Shown one piece after another: positions 1-12,300 of a stretch of 64,000 nucleotides of DNA. The stretch is taken from assembly GCA_001643675.2 (NCBI GenBank), contig LSRY02000020.1, positions 806,001 through 870,000 of the forward strand, written 5' to 3'. The translations under genes were made by a program, and so were the position numbers. How positions within the stretch are numbered: the stretch's first letter is position 1; every line of letters begins with the position of its first letter. The notes below the pieces were generated by a model, which was not told where the DNA came from, made no database searches, and saw nothing but the letters and a program-made list of their open reading frames with translations. The stretch is from Monocercomonoides exilis PA203. Taxonomy: Eukaryota > Protista > Preaxostyla.

Positions 1-1
1 A

Positions 2-1858
2 AAAGAGGAAGACGAGAGCTGGGTCAGTTGGTCGAACAAGCAACTCACTGGAGTTATTCAAACCGCGGAAGAGTTTTTAATTAGGGAATATGCAGAAGTG
101 AATGAATGCCAAGCAAATGACATTTTTACTGAAGGAGGTCGGAAGCTTCAGAACATAACTCCAATCTCTGAAGGCTCTTCATTCGCACATTTTGAATCGT
201 CCGAGGCTCTGCCGTGCTTTGGAATGACTTTAACTTCCAGAGATTTGAAGTTCCCTCCAACCACAACAATTCCTCTAGTCACTTCTCGAATCTTCAAATT
301 TTCTGAAGAAGAGTTCACAAGCTCCTGTTCTGATGACAGCTTTGCTAACGATGCGCTGTTGTTTGAGCATACACTTCCTTCCGATTGCTATCATGCTTTG
401 ATGAAAGCTGAGCGTGAAATTTCAATGAACCATCCTTTGTGTAGGATATCTCCCTTAGCCTTTCCAATGCAATCGCAATCACCATCCCTAACCTCTTTGG
501 GCTTCAGTACAAGTTCAAGTGCATCAGCACTAGAATCTTTCAGAATTTCTCGACCTGCGTATTCTTCACCTCTTAATCCTCTTTCGCTTGCCTCTCCATC
601 TGCTTCTGCTTCTGCCTCTGCCTCTATCTCTGCTTCTGCTTCAACTTCTGCTTCTCCATCATATCTCTCTTCATCCAGAATTCCTGAAACACCCGAGACG
701 CTGCATACATCGGCTTCATCTCGCTTTTTATTTTATTCTGATTGTACTTCGCCATTGCCATCACCATCTCCGTCTCGGCCTTTTTCTCCATCGGCTTCTT
801 CAACTCCTTTTTGTCCAATACCCTCTGCAATGCCAACAAGTTCTGAATTTCTTCATCCACCGACTCCTCTGACACCAGTACACGAGTATTCTTTCTGCTC
901 TCCTTTTTCTCTTTCTTCGCCTGAAATGACAGAAAGACTGATGAACTTTTGGTCGTTTTCAAGGATTCCGTCAGCATCTTTCTCATCATCATCTTCTTCT
1001 TTTGCTTTGCCAATGCAGCAGAAGCCTCTTCTGAGCCAAACAAGAGAGATGCTCCCGTTTTTGCTTATTCCTCCGCTTATTGTTCCGCCAAACACAGGAA
1101 AAGATTCTAATGATGCAAAACTCCCATCAAGGATTGTTGATATGCTGACACTATGTTGTGAAGATAGCAGGAAGCATAATATTATGAAGCATCTGATGGA
1201 TGTGAAAGACAAAAAGGCTGTTCTTCCTCCAAGCACTTTGATGAAAATCCAGCAACAACTGCAAAAGTTGACTTCTTTTTCAAAGGAGAAAGAAGAATGT
1301 CATTGTGAGCATTCAGAAAGTGAAGCATACACGCAGCAGCTGCTCACTGGCATTGACAAGAATGGAGAGGAAGAGCAGAAGAACATTTCTAAAGTTGCAG
1401 CTTATCTATCAGGTAGAATTAAACAAGCTAAAAGCGAGGAATCAGATGATCAGAGCATTGCCGATTTGAGCTGCGGGATATGTGACTATTTTGATGACGA
1501 TAAGAAACGTATCTTGTCTTATGCACTTGGGATTTCTCTTGAAACTTTGATGAAATGTGTCTCTCTTCATCGCAAAAAGCGGAACGGAAAGCATATTCAA
1601 CAGCACATTCACGATTTAACACGAGAATCACTGCTAAATAAACAAAAGCAACAGAAACAAAGAATACACAAAACAATTGAGAGAAAGGCATTTGATGGGA
1701 AGTTTAGATGGATTGAACTTGATGATCGACAATTTGATGATGATGAAGGTAACGATGAAGGCAATGATGAAGATGATGAAGTTAATGATGTCAATTTTAT
1801 GAGTGTGAATGATATCGAAGGGGATGATAGCGGTGATGGTTCTTCTTTATTTTTATAA
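2..1858 (+). CDS. Hypothetical Ser/Pro-rich protein, 5'-truncated by the window edge
   Basis: The frame is open from position 2 (AAA GAG GAA GAC...) through the ORF-track GTG at 98 to TAA at 1856-1858. Low-complexity S/P middle, acidic C-terminus, no recognisable domain. Confidence 0.7.
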   Translation, partial: KEEDESWVSWSNKQLTGVIQTAEEFLIREYAEVNECQANDIFTEGGRKLQNITPISEGSSFAHFESSEALPCFGMTLTSRDLKFPPTTTIPLVTSRIFKFSEEEFTSSCSDDSFANDALLFEHTLPSDCYHALMKAEREISMNHPLCRISPLAFPMQSQSPSLTSLGFSTSSSASALESFRISRPAYSSPLNPLSLASPSASASASASISASASTSASPSYLSSSRIPETPETLHTSASSRFLFYSDCTSPLPSPSPSRPFSPSASSTPFCPIPSAMPTSSEFLHPPTPLTPVHEYSFCSPFSLSSPEMTERLMNFWSFSRIPSASFSSSSSSFALPMQQKPLLSQTREMLPFLLIPPLIVPPNTGKDSNDAKLPSRIVDMLTLCCEDSRKHNIMKHLMDVKDKKAVLPPSTLMKIQQQLQKLTSFSKEKEECHCEHSESEAYTQQLLTGIDKNGEEEQKNISKVAAYLSGRIKQAKSEESDDQSIADLSCGICDYFDDDKKRILSYALGISLETLMKCVSLHRKKRNGKHIQQHIHDLTRESLLNKQKQQKQRIHKTIERKAFDGKFRWIELDDRQFDDDEGNDEGNDEDDEVNDVNFMSVNDIEGDDSGDGSSLFL

Positions 1859-2545
1859 TAAGGTGTAAAAGCAATTTTCGAAGCATTTATGAGCATTTTG
1901 AAATACATTGCAAGCAATTTTTTTGCCATTCGGGCTGAAAGAGAATTTGTGAAGATTCAAATCAGAAGCTAATCGAAGAGGGTATTTTTATTAACTTAAA
2001 AAAAAAATAAAAACATTTTGAAGTTTATTTAACATTTTTGCGATCTGAACAGAAAAATGTCTCGAACTTTTCTTTTGAATTTTGATTTGTTAATGTTTCT
2101 CTAATTGTACAAAAACTGATTATTCATCTCCATCATGTTAGTTTATATATTTTTATTCTTCTTGTGAATTTTGTCTTGGCTTTATTCAACATCCTTTGCA
2201 TTCGTTTATTTGCTTCGTCTTTCTGATTTTATTATTGATCAACATAATTTGCACTATGCATTTTTTCCTCCTTTTTTTTCTGTCAAGTGTAGTTTAATTT
2301 TATTTATTCACATGAAGAAATTGCGTGTTTTATCTTTGTGATTTTTCATCTGATTATCGTTTGTCTATGCTTACCAGAAATGTGTGTGTACTATCTGAAT
2401 GAAACTGATGCCCTGTGCATTTATCGTTGCTGTTTCTTACTTAGATTATCTTTCTTACAAAAAAAATCCTTTTTGGAATATTCGTGTCTGTTTAAGTAAC
2501 TTGAGGGTTGCTTCTCTTTTTTTCTTTCTTCAATTTTTTTTCTTT

Positions 2546-2578
2546 TTTAATTTAATTTAATTTAATTTAATTTAATTT
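2546..2578. repeat. (TTTAA)n pentanucleotide microsatellite
   Basis: tttaatttaatttaa... run in intergenic DNA. Confidence 0.85.
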
Positions 2579-3491
2579 ATTTTTTTAAATGATGTACTCC
2601 AATTTTGAATCGCATTGTGAAATATGACAATTTTTTTGAAAATATTTTATTAGTTGTTTGATAATTTAAAACGTTTAGTTGATATATATCGATATCATTT
2701 TATACCACAAATACCTCCTTTTTGCAATTGTGGTAATATTGCGTTTTTCATGTTTTCGACTATTTACTTTAGCGATAACATAACTACTTACATTACAACA
2801 TTCGGATTCTTTATAGTTTTTTTTATTAGGATTATTTATGGTTTCAAAGAAGCTTTGGTTTAATTTTGATTTGAGTTTTTATTTTGGCTTTGATTTTTTC
2901 TTTAAATAATATCAACAAAACTTCACATCATGTAGTAATAAATATGAAAAATTTATGTAATATTTTCTTTTTTCACAGAAAAAAATATTATTTTGCTTGT
3001 TTTGAAGTTAGTCATTGCAAGAATTTAACTGATTTGACCAAATACATTTGAGTCATTAGTGGAACATTCAACAACCAATTCAAAAATATGACACAATGAA
3101 GTTTTTTCAGAATCAAAACTGTTAATGTTGCAAATTAATCAGAAAATGTTATTTATCAGATTACGGGAATACTTTATTCTTTTTCTTAAAAAGAGACAAA
3201 TTAACATTTGGGGGCATTTCTTTGCAAATGACGAGCGGCAAATTGTTAGCATTATTTTCAAATAGAAAAGATGATAAAAATAGCAGTTATTACAAAAACA
3301 CAAACACATACCAAATTAAAGCAAAATTAGAAATGAATCATAAAAATGAAGTGAAAGATAACATGATAAGAATTAAATAGCCGTTGTATTTTCGCACAAA
3401 AGAAGAAAATCACAAAGCAGAATGTAGTAAAAATTGACTGTTCATTTACTCATTTTTTTATTTAAAAAAAAATAAAATAAAAACAGATTGC

Positions 3492-5924
3492 TTATTCCAC
3501 CATGTCGAATGTTTCAGAAGGAGGAAGTCTGACCATCGCCATCAGCAGTGGTGTGGAGTGGCGTTTCGCAGAGATGGCGATCTTCATTGTGTCTGCAGCA
3601 CCAGACGGATCGATACACTGCACAGACACGACAACAGTGGTGGTTGATCCAGGCAGAAGCGTTGGAAGCTGTTGGGGTTTTGTATATTTAGAGAAATGAA
3701 AAAACAAAAAGGAAGAAGAAAGAGAAGAAAGAGAAGAAAGAGAAGAAAGAGATAAAAAGAAAGAGAAAGAGAAGAAAGGGAAAGAGAATATTCAGAAAAA
3801 TACATATATAAAAAAACCCCAGATGTATAACCGAACAAATCACACCATTCTAACTGGCTGAGTGATTTTCGTTATCTCCTCATTGGCTTGCAGCGTCATA
3901 AACAAATCAACCAGCGCAACTTTTGCCACGCAGCTGAGCACCAGTACCACATTAAACTTCGGCCCCAGCCCTTGAATCTGCGCAGACACTTGCACAAAGT
4001 TGGATATCAGCCCAGCCCCGGCACCGCCTCCAGGATGGGCTCCAGAAAGACCTTTCCCTCCGCTTGTGCTCAGAAGAGAGACATACGCACGGCTCGTTTC
4101 CAACCGGATCTTCGCCAGATCTCTCTGAAAACGACGGTACATTGCTGAGGAGGAACAGAAAATGGAATAATGAGGAAGAATTTAAACAAATCACATAAAT
4201 ATTCAAAAAAAAAAAATGAATTTATTGTTGAAATTTAAATCATGTGGATCATCAAAAAACTATCTTTCATACCTTGGCAGCCTTCTGCCTCAGCCTGAGC
4301 CTGCTCGAAGAAGACAGCAGACCGTTTGGGAATGACAATTGGTATGTCTTGTTCATCCAGCGCTGCAGTCGATGATGAAGAAGCACTCAACGACGCAGAT
4401 TCATCCAAATTTGCCTGACGCTGAATTAAACCGATTCGAAGTGTTCCGCCTTTCTGAGTGGTGACCAGCGCCCCTTCTTCGCTTTCAAAGAAGCCAAATC
4501 GCATTCCCACAATGTCCTTTTGTTGTTTAAAGAATCGAAAAAATAAATAAATAAATAAATAAAAACCATTGCAGAAAAATGAAAATTTGAAAGATAGAAA
4601 GATGGAAATCAAAGATATTATGAATAATAATTTCTCAACAATTCAAAGTTAACGCAAACCGGAACTTTTGTAGCAGACACGACTGTTTTGTTGTTAAAAA
4701 CTAGAACATCTCCATTCTCCAGGCTCAGAATGATTCCCTTAAATTGCCTCGCCGTCTTCATCACCATCATCTCCATCGCCACCGCATAGCTGGGCAGCTG
4801 CAACGAAAACAGGCATTTCCCTTTGATTGTGTACGCCTCAAACAGCTTGTCCATTCTTGCTATGTAAATTCGCTTTGAGAATATCGCAAGCCCGACAATT
4901 CCAGTTCCTGTTGCAATCACATTTCCATTCACTTTTCCATCACGCACAATTCCAACAGACCCATTTCGAAATCCTACAGCGATACGATAATCGGTTGTAA
5001 ATTCTCCATCCACAGCCAAGCAACACGGGACACCTGGTAGATTAAGTGACAGCAGCATTTTTGAGTTGGCTGGAGATAGTACCATTAATCGTCGTGCTTC
5101 TGTTCCAATAACAAGATGAGACAAGTCTGTTTCGTCTTCAATTTGATTATGAATGACAGCGCAACACGTTGCACATGGCCTTTTATTAGAAATGATTAAT
5201 GATATTGAATCAGAAATATAATGTCAAAAATGAAGCAATGAAATAAAAAAATATCAAAAAATTCAAAACTAACAACAAAAAAATTTTGCAAAATATATTT
5301 CATTGCCACTTAAAACATAAAAAACAAGTACATGATAAACGAACTCGTGACGTACCTCCAAACAGCTCCTTTAGATTTTATATCTTCCAGTAAAGCCTCC
5401 TGTGCATCTTCATTTTCCAATGCCAGAAGCCTTTGAGCAGATGGTGTTAAAACTGAGCCATCATCACGAATTTGCTCAAGAGCACCGAGAGCATCTTCAA
5501 GTTGCATCGAACCTTTTTTTATCCCTTCCCAAACTTTTGCCTCTTCTGCAATTGGTTCAAATACTGGTAATTCGAATTTTGCTTTTGGTCTCAAAATACC
5601 ATTCTGTGTTTTGTAAAAGTAAAATAGATTTCCACATATTACACCAATCCATGGAGTCATTGGCAATGTTCTATCTGCATAGAACGAAAAAACTGCAGTA
5701 GGTGTGTCAAGAAGTGCAAGTTGACTCACGACAGAACCACCTCTCCAAACTCGTAAAAGTCTTTTATCATCTGCTATTATAAGTGCATATTTTCCATCTC
5801 CATTTATATCTGAAAGACAGATATTTGTCGATGGAACTGAAGTCCCCGCAAGGGGGTCTGTCAATGCATTAAGCCAAATGTCCTTTTTCCCTGAAGCCAG
5901 CGATGTTGATTTTTGAGAATCCAT
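3492..5924 (-). CDS. BBS1: Bardet-Biedl syndrome 1 protein (BBSome subunit), 5 exons: 5924-5356, 5179-4660, 4516-4273, 4144-3846, 3668-3492
   Basis: N-terminal WLNALTDPLAG...LSDINGDGKYALII, LRPKAKFELP, SHLVIGTE, MYRRFQRDLAKIRLETSRAYV, QGLGPKF and C-terminal LPTLLPG...PLLMAMVRLPPSE follow the BBS1 motif order. GT-AG introns join the exons in frame. Confidence 0.92.
3712..3787. repeat. Purine-rich (GAAGAAAGA)-type tandem repeat inside BBS1 intron 4
   Basis: gaagaagaaagagaagaaagagaagaaag... imperfect 9-mer array. Confidence 0.7.
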
Positions 5925-6349
5925 TAGTTTTGATGAAGCGATAAAAGGTGAAGGAAAGGAAAAGTTAAATCCAACAATTCGACATAAACCCTTAATAAAT
6001 TTATATTTCAAAAAATGAAAATTTTACCAAGTATTGAGCAAAATTTTAATTTGTTTGAAAAAAATACAATGTTGTAACTGAAATGAGTCAACATAAAGCT
6101 GTAACGTATTTTGATTTTTTTTCAAAATTTTCACTCAATTTTGAGATTATGACAGGTTATCAGAAATTTTTTTTTCGAAAAAACATTTCAAAAAACAAGA
6201 AAGAATAAATATTTTTTATTCATTTGTTTATATCTTTATTGATAATATAATTCGTGTTTGACAAAAGCATTATTGTTCAAAATTTTTCTTCAAATATATT
6301 ATAGTATGGGCTAATTATTTTGTATATTTTCCCATGAGCTAATGCACAA

Positions 6350-9300
6350 ATGGCAAGAAAAAGGCAGAATTCTGTAGGATTTACATTAATATGTTTAATA
6401 CATATTTGCAATCTAATTATGGAAAATGATTGTTATCAAGCAAAATTGAACACTTTTAACATTTCTAAAAAAAATAAATCTTATATGCTGAATGAAGCGT
6501 TAGCAACGTATTACACAAACGTAAATGGAACAAATGAAGAAGCTTGCGGTTCTTTATCACTTCCCTGCAAATCTATTAGTTTTTTATTGGGGAAGATAAA
6601 TGATTATTCTAATTTACAAACGATAATCCTTTCAGAGGGATTATTCCCAGAATCAACGATACAAGTCCTTAACGTACAGTTATGTGTAAACGGGTCTACT
6701 ATTCTACCATCTATTATTCAAACTTATAAAAATGAAGGCGATTCAAGTCTTTTCTTGGTCACTGGAGGTTCTCTACACCTTAATCATGTAAATGTCGTAC
6801 ACTTCATGGTAAAAAACATTTGTGATTATAGCATTATTCAGATTGGAAACGCAAATTGTAACTTATATCTTTTCAACTCAACATTCAGCTCTGACTGTTT
6901 TGGAAATGAAGAAAATGAAGAAAATAACATGATGCATAACAAAGGAAATGATGAATCAATATTTCAGAAATGCCAATTTACAATCGGAGGAATAGCTAAT
7001 TTAACTTGTTGCCAGTTTCGTGACTTTAGAGTTGGATCAACTTCGTTTATTACAATTCAGGCAACTGGAGAAGGTTATATTCGAGACGTGAACTTTACTC
7101 ACATTCAAAGCACGAGCGGCAGTTATGGTGCAGTGCTACGCGCAACCCCGACAGCTGGAAAGAAAGTTGTTATTGTTGACACTCATTGCAGTGACTGCTC
7201 TTTGAAGAGTACTGTTGGCGGAGCATTTTCTTTCCAGCTGTCACCTGATGGGGAACTGTACATGGGTGCTGATTCTTCTTCGACAGATACAAATATCGTG
7301 CACAACGAAGTGGAGCATAGTTTCACGCAAAATAGGAATCATAACGAAGCAAGTGGTGAATGCTCTGAAGAAGGAGAAACTGTCCAGTTTGCAAATTGCA
7401 AAGCAGGAGAAAAAGTGGAATTTATGGGACAAGTCTTTTACACTGGCGGGAATGGTGGAGCCATCCATCTTGAAATGGTAGAACGCTCCAATTTATTTCA
7501 GTTTAAGAACCTTCAATTTCAAGATTGCCATGCGCAGTTCGGCAACAACATCTTTGTTGAAGCGCTGAATTTTTCAGATGTTATCAATTCAACCACTTTC
7601 GGCTTTTGCGTGGACTTGAGTTCCCTCGACGACTATTGTGGGTACGAAGCACGAGTGAAGACGAGCCGCCCGTTGGTTGCCTTTCTTAGAGAATTCACAG
7701 CCACACAGAGAGCAGAAATTAGTGCGAATGGCGATGACTATTACAAATGTGGCTTTCAGGACTATCCTTGCCGCACAGTCCCTGGAGCTGCGCTGGCGCG
7801 ATTCAACGAAGCAGACAGGAGAAAGCGATGGTTGCTGCTGCAAAGGGATTTTGAGTTTAGCGATCAGCTGACTTTGGATACAGACAGCTACGACTTTAAA
7901 GGAAATAGCTACGAGGAGGTGCACAACATCTATCTAAACAGCAACCCTGCATCTTCTCCTGCGATGGTTGTTATGAGCGTTTCCGTAGCGATTGCTGATC
8001 TATTCTTAAGCATCTCAAACTCTTCTCTATCCACTTTTCATTCGGTATTTCTCACAAAAGGATCCAATACTGTTTTCTCGATGCAACATTGCATTTGGCA
8101 AATGACTTTTGAAACTGAGCTTGAACACAGCGTGATAAAAAGTGAAAATAGTTCTGTGTCGCTTTGTGATGTTGTGGTGCTGAATAAGATTGCGTTTGGC
8201 TCGGGGTGCTTTTTTCAGGCTGACGGAATAGAATGCAATGTGATAATCAATGGAAGTGCTGCCTCTGGGCTGAGCAGGGAAAATGGGAATGGAACGTTGC
8301 TGGAGGTGATTGGCGATGGAGACAGAAGTGAAGATGAACATGAAGATGAGATAAGAAATGGAAGAATTGTGAGAAATCAATTAGATGCAACAGAAAATGA
8401 AGAGCAAGACTTTTATAACAACGTGGGAGGGAATTCCACCAGTTCATTATCAATTGCAGAAATTTCATATTCTGATAATCAATCTTTCCATTCGAGTTTG
8501 CTTGAAACTAACGTTCTTCGAAAACGAGCATATTTACCTCATCTCTCGAAGCAGTCATCAACTATTGAAACCCACGTTACATTAGAAAACATTACTGTGA
8601 GTTTATCTTCAGTTACTTCAGATTTGAGCACTGGAGGCGCAATTTTTATTCGTCAAGAATCCCAAATGGTTGTTTCGTTTTCATCTTGTTCGTTCTCGCA
8701 ATGTTCCGCTCCTGTTATGCCAGCATCTTTTGGAAAAGGAGGAGCTGTTTTCCTACAGAAATTATCTGCTGACACTTTATTTCTGTTTGATGAAAATGTG
8801 GATTTTGGCCACACAAACACAGCTGAAGCAGGGAAAAACTTGTTTATAACAAGTCCAAACCTTACTGTATCGATTAAACCAGAACGTCTGGCCTTTTTTG
8901 ATACGACGGCATTTGATTCAGAGCCTGGTGGATGGGAAGCGAACCTGGACGAACAAGAGCTTCAGGGCTACGATGAAGAAGTCGGGTTGCTGCTGATTCC
9001 GCTGAGCTATTTTATTTTGGATGTTTGCGAAGTTGTCTATACAAACAGCACATGTGGAGTGGATATTGGCGCATGTGGCTTCCCAATGCTTCAATGCAAC
9101 ACGATGGGATTCGCATTTGACAGGCAGAAAAGAGGAGTGCAGCATGTGGTTGCTGTTGATGGTATGGCGGAGCATCATGGGGAATGCATAATGGACGATG
9201 TGTACACACAAAGTACAGAATTTGATCAATGCTATTCTGCAGAGAGCAACACTGTTGCTTGCTTGTCTGCGTTTTCATATGTTGTTCGCAGTGAACTGGC

Positions 9301-12300
9301 TTCAACAAGCAGTCATTATTCAAATATTCACATTGATGATTCTAAAAAGCGTCACAGTCACGGTCAGATAAGAAATGACGATTATTATATTAATGCGGAT
9401 AATGAAAAAGATAATCTCGCATCAATCACGATTGTTGATAACGGAACGGAAATTCCAATGCTGATTCAGATAAAGTCATCATCATTGTTTCAATCTGTAA
9501 TATTATTCTGCCCTTCAACTCTGAACTTTCATACGACTTTAGCAGCTGTGGAGAATCGAGCTTTGCTTGTGATGGACGGGTGCAGTGTGACAAAAATGCA
9601 TTACACGCGCCTTTTTGAGTACTTTCTTATCTCAGTCAGCGACGATGCTTCACTGATGCTTTTAAACTTCGCTGCAGTTGGCTTGTCGTTTAAAGGATCT
9701 TATTGTTTTATTGACGCAAATGGAAATAGAGGAAGTTCACGACATTTTGGAAGCAATGCTTTGCTGCAACAAGAAGAGCTATCTATTTTCAATTCTGAAG
9801 GAAGAGCGCAAGATATGATTAAGAATGATGCATTTAGTGCAAATCAACAAAAAAACAGCGAATCTTCCCAATCATTTGTTTCTATCAAAGGTCTAACTCT
9901 TAACGAGTGCTTTACTGAAAGTGCCGAAGCCTTTGCGATTGTATCGGAATGTGCATCTTTTGCTTTGACAGAATCCGTTCTAGCCAATTGCTGTTCAACA
10001 GAAAGCCCACTGTTTTCAATCAGAAACGTCAGATCAATCAAAATTAACTGCGTAACTACTCAATCTTTGGAGATGCAAAGAGGAAGCGGGGCGATGATGC
10101 AGCTTGTGACAGGAGGAGAAGGAATAACATTTGACGATAGAGACAAATGTGATATTACAAATATATCTGTTTCACATCTTGGAATGAATGCATCCTCTTC
10201 AAAAGCGGAAGGCGGATGGATGAAAATTACAATTGAGAAAAAAGGAACAGTTCTTTTTGAGAATTGCAGTGCGAGCTCGTGCGCTGCCGTATCGTCCTCC
10301 TCTGGATTCAAAGGACGTGGTGGAGGTGTATATCTTTTTCTATCAGCAGAGGCTGATCGCAATTACCAATTTCGCAACATGGTATTTCTCAACAACTCTG
10401 CCGATATCGGAAGAGATCTGTTTGTATCAGCTCCAGATTTGCCTGTATATATTGACCAGAACAAGTTTGATTGGAATCTTTTCCCTTCAGCTTATCAGCA
10501 TGACGATGCGCTTTGGGGAACAACACGCCCTGTTCCAACAGACAGACAAGATGGAGATTATTTAGATTTGTTTGAACTTCTCAATTATCATTCAGAAAGA
10601 GTGTATCTTGACTGCGAGGAAGGAGAAGATGATGTTATTTTATGTGGATCAAGAACGACTCCATGTTCGAGTATAAACGGAGGGGCTGTGCATCGAAGAG
10701 AAGAATATCCATCTAACAAGCAAAGAAATAGAGGAAATGCTCACGTGAAGCAACTTAACAATCTGCGAAAAATTACTGGACATAGAAATCAGGTAGATGA
10801 AAGTCAGAATGAGAAATTAAATAAAGATGGACTCAATAAAAGCAAGTCATTGCAATTGAATGCTAATTCAGCGCTTCCTCCAGTTAAGCTTGTTGTTATG
10901 CATCATAGCAGAATAATAGCCTCTCAATCTGTTAACAGATTGGAGCTAACTTCTGATACCAAAGAGAATGCCATCGTTGACGTTCTTCCCAGCCAGTCTC
11001 AAGCATCTGTCTCAAATTCAATAGACAGAAAAGAAGAGCAATCTCAAAATAAAAGAAAAGTTCAGAATGATTTAAATGGCCTGCTGTTTATTGACAGCTT
11101 GCATTTTATTGTTTCTTCCATTTGCTTTGTGATGCTCTACTCAATTCCGTTTGAATCCTTCATAATTTCACAAGGCGAACTTGTTAGTCTTTCTTCTGTT
11201 GTGTTCTCTTTTCCTTTGTCTAATTCAAATGCTGTGAACAATCTGCTTGGTTCTTCATCGACTTCCCTCAATGATGTCTCTTTTTCTTCTCATCTCATAA
11301 AAATGTTATCTGGCTCTCTTTCGATGGAATATTTAACTTTTTCTTTTTCAGCATCTTCTTCTTCTCTCGCTTCCTCACAATTTTCATATTTTGCTTTTTC
11401 TGTCACTCCCTTTGTTTTCGCTAGTGATGCAAATCTGACAATTCATGATTGCACTTTCACAAATGTTACGATCGAAGATGGCTCATTCTTGTCTTTCTCT
11501 CCTTCTTCTATTGGGCATCAATCAAATTCTGACTCTGCGTTTCACTGTCTTTCACAAACAACTCAGTCTTCTGTTGGATTGGATTCTGTGTCTTTCTTCA
11601 ATGTTACAACAACGGACGGCTATTCGCCTTCAATTTCTTCTTTTTCTCAGTCAACGCATACGCTTCACTTCTCCAATTGCACATTTCATTGCTGTGATTG
11701 TTCTTCTATTGAGACTCTCACAAGCAATTTGTTCACATTGAAAAATGGAAAAAGAGAAAGAGAAAGAAGTATGCAGAATTCTTCTTCCAGCCCATCTTCA
11801 CCTTCTTCTTCATCTTCTTTTTCTTCTGCTGATCTTTCAGAAGTAAATCAACTTGGGCAAGTCTTGCTTCTAGACAGCGCAAACGCTATATTTGATTATT
11901 GTCTTTTTAAAGGAGGTGTCAATGTAGATTCTGAAAGCAGCAATCGTCTTTCGTCTTTCATCGCTTCTTCCTCGTCTTATTCATCTCATTCATCTCATTC
12001 CACTTCAACTGCTCTCAATTCACATCGCTTATCATCACAGACCTTAACTCCAGAGCTCAACTCGCATTCGTTCTGCTCCTGGAACACCTCTCTTATTCAT
12101 CTGTCTTCGGCTTCTGCTCATTTCAAAGAGTGCTTTTTCTATCGCTCTGCTTGCCCTCCTCTTTCTGCATCTGGCGGAGAACTTGATCTGAATTCGTGCT
12201 TTTTTAAGGACAATATTCCTTTGTCAAATTATAACAAGCTGCAAGAAAGTGACTTATCGTCTTCTTCTTTTTCTTCTTCTTCTTCCTCTGATTCTGATTC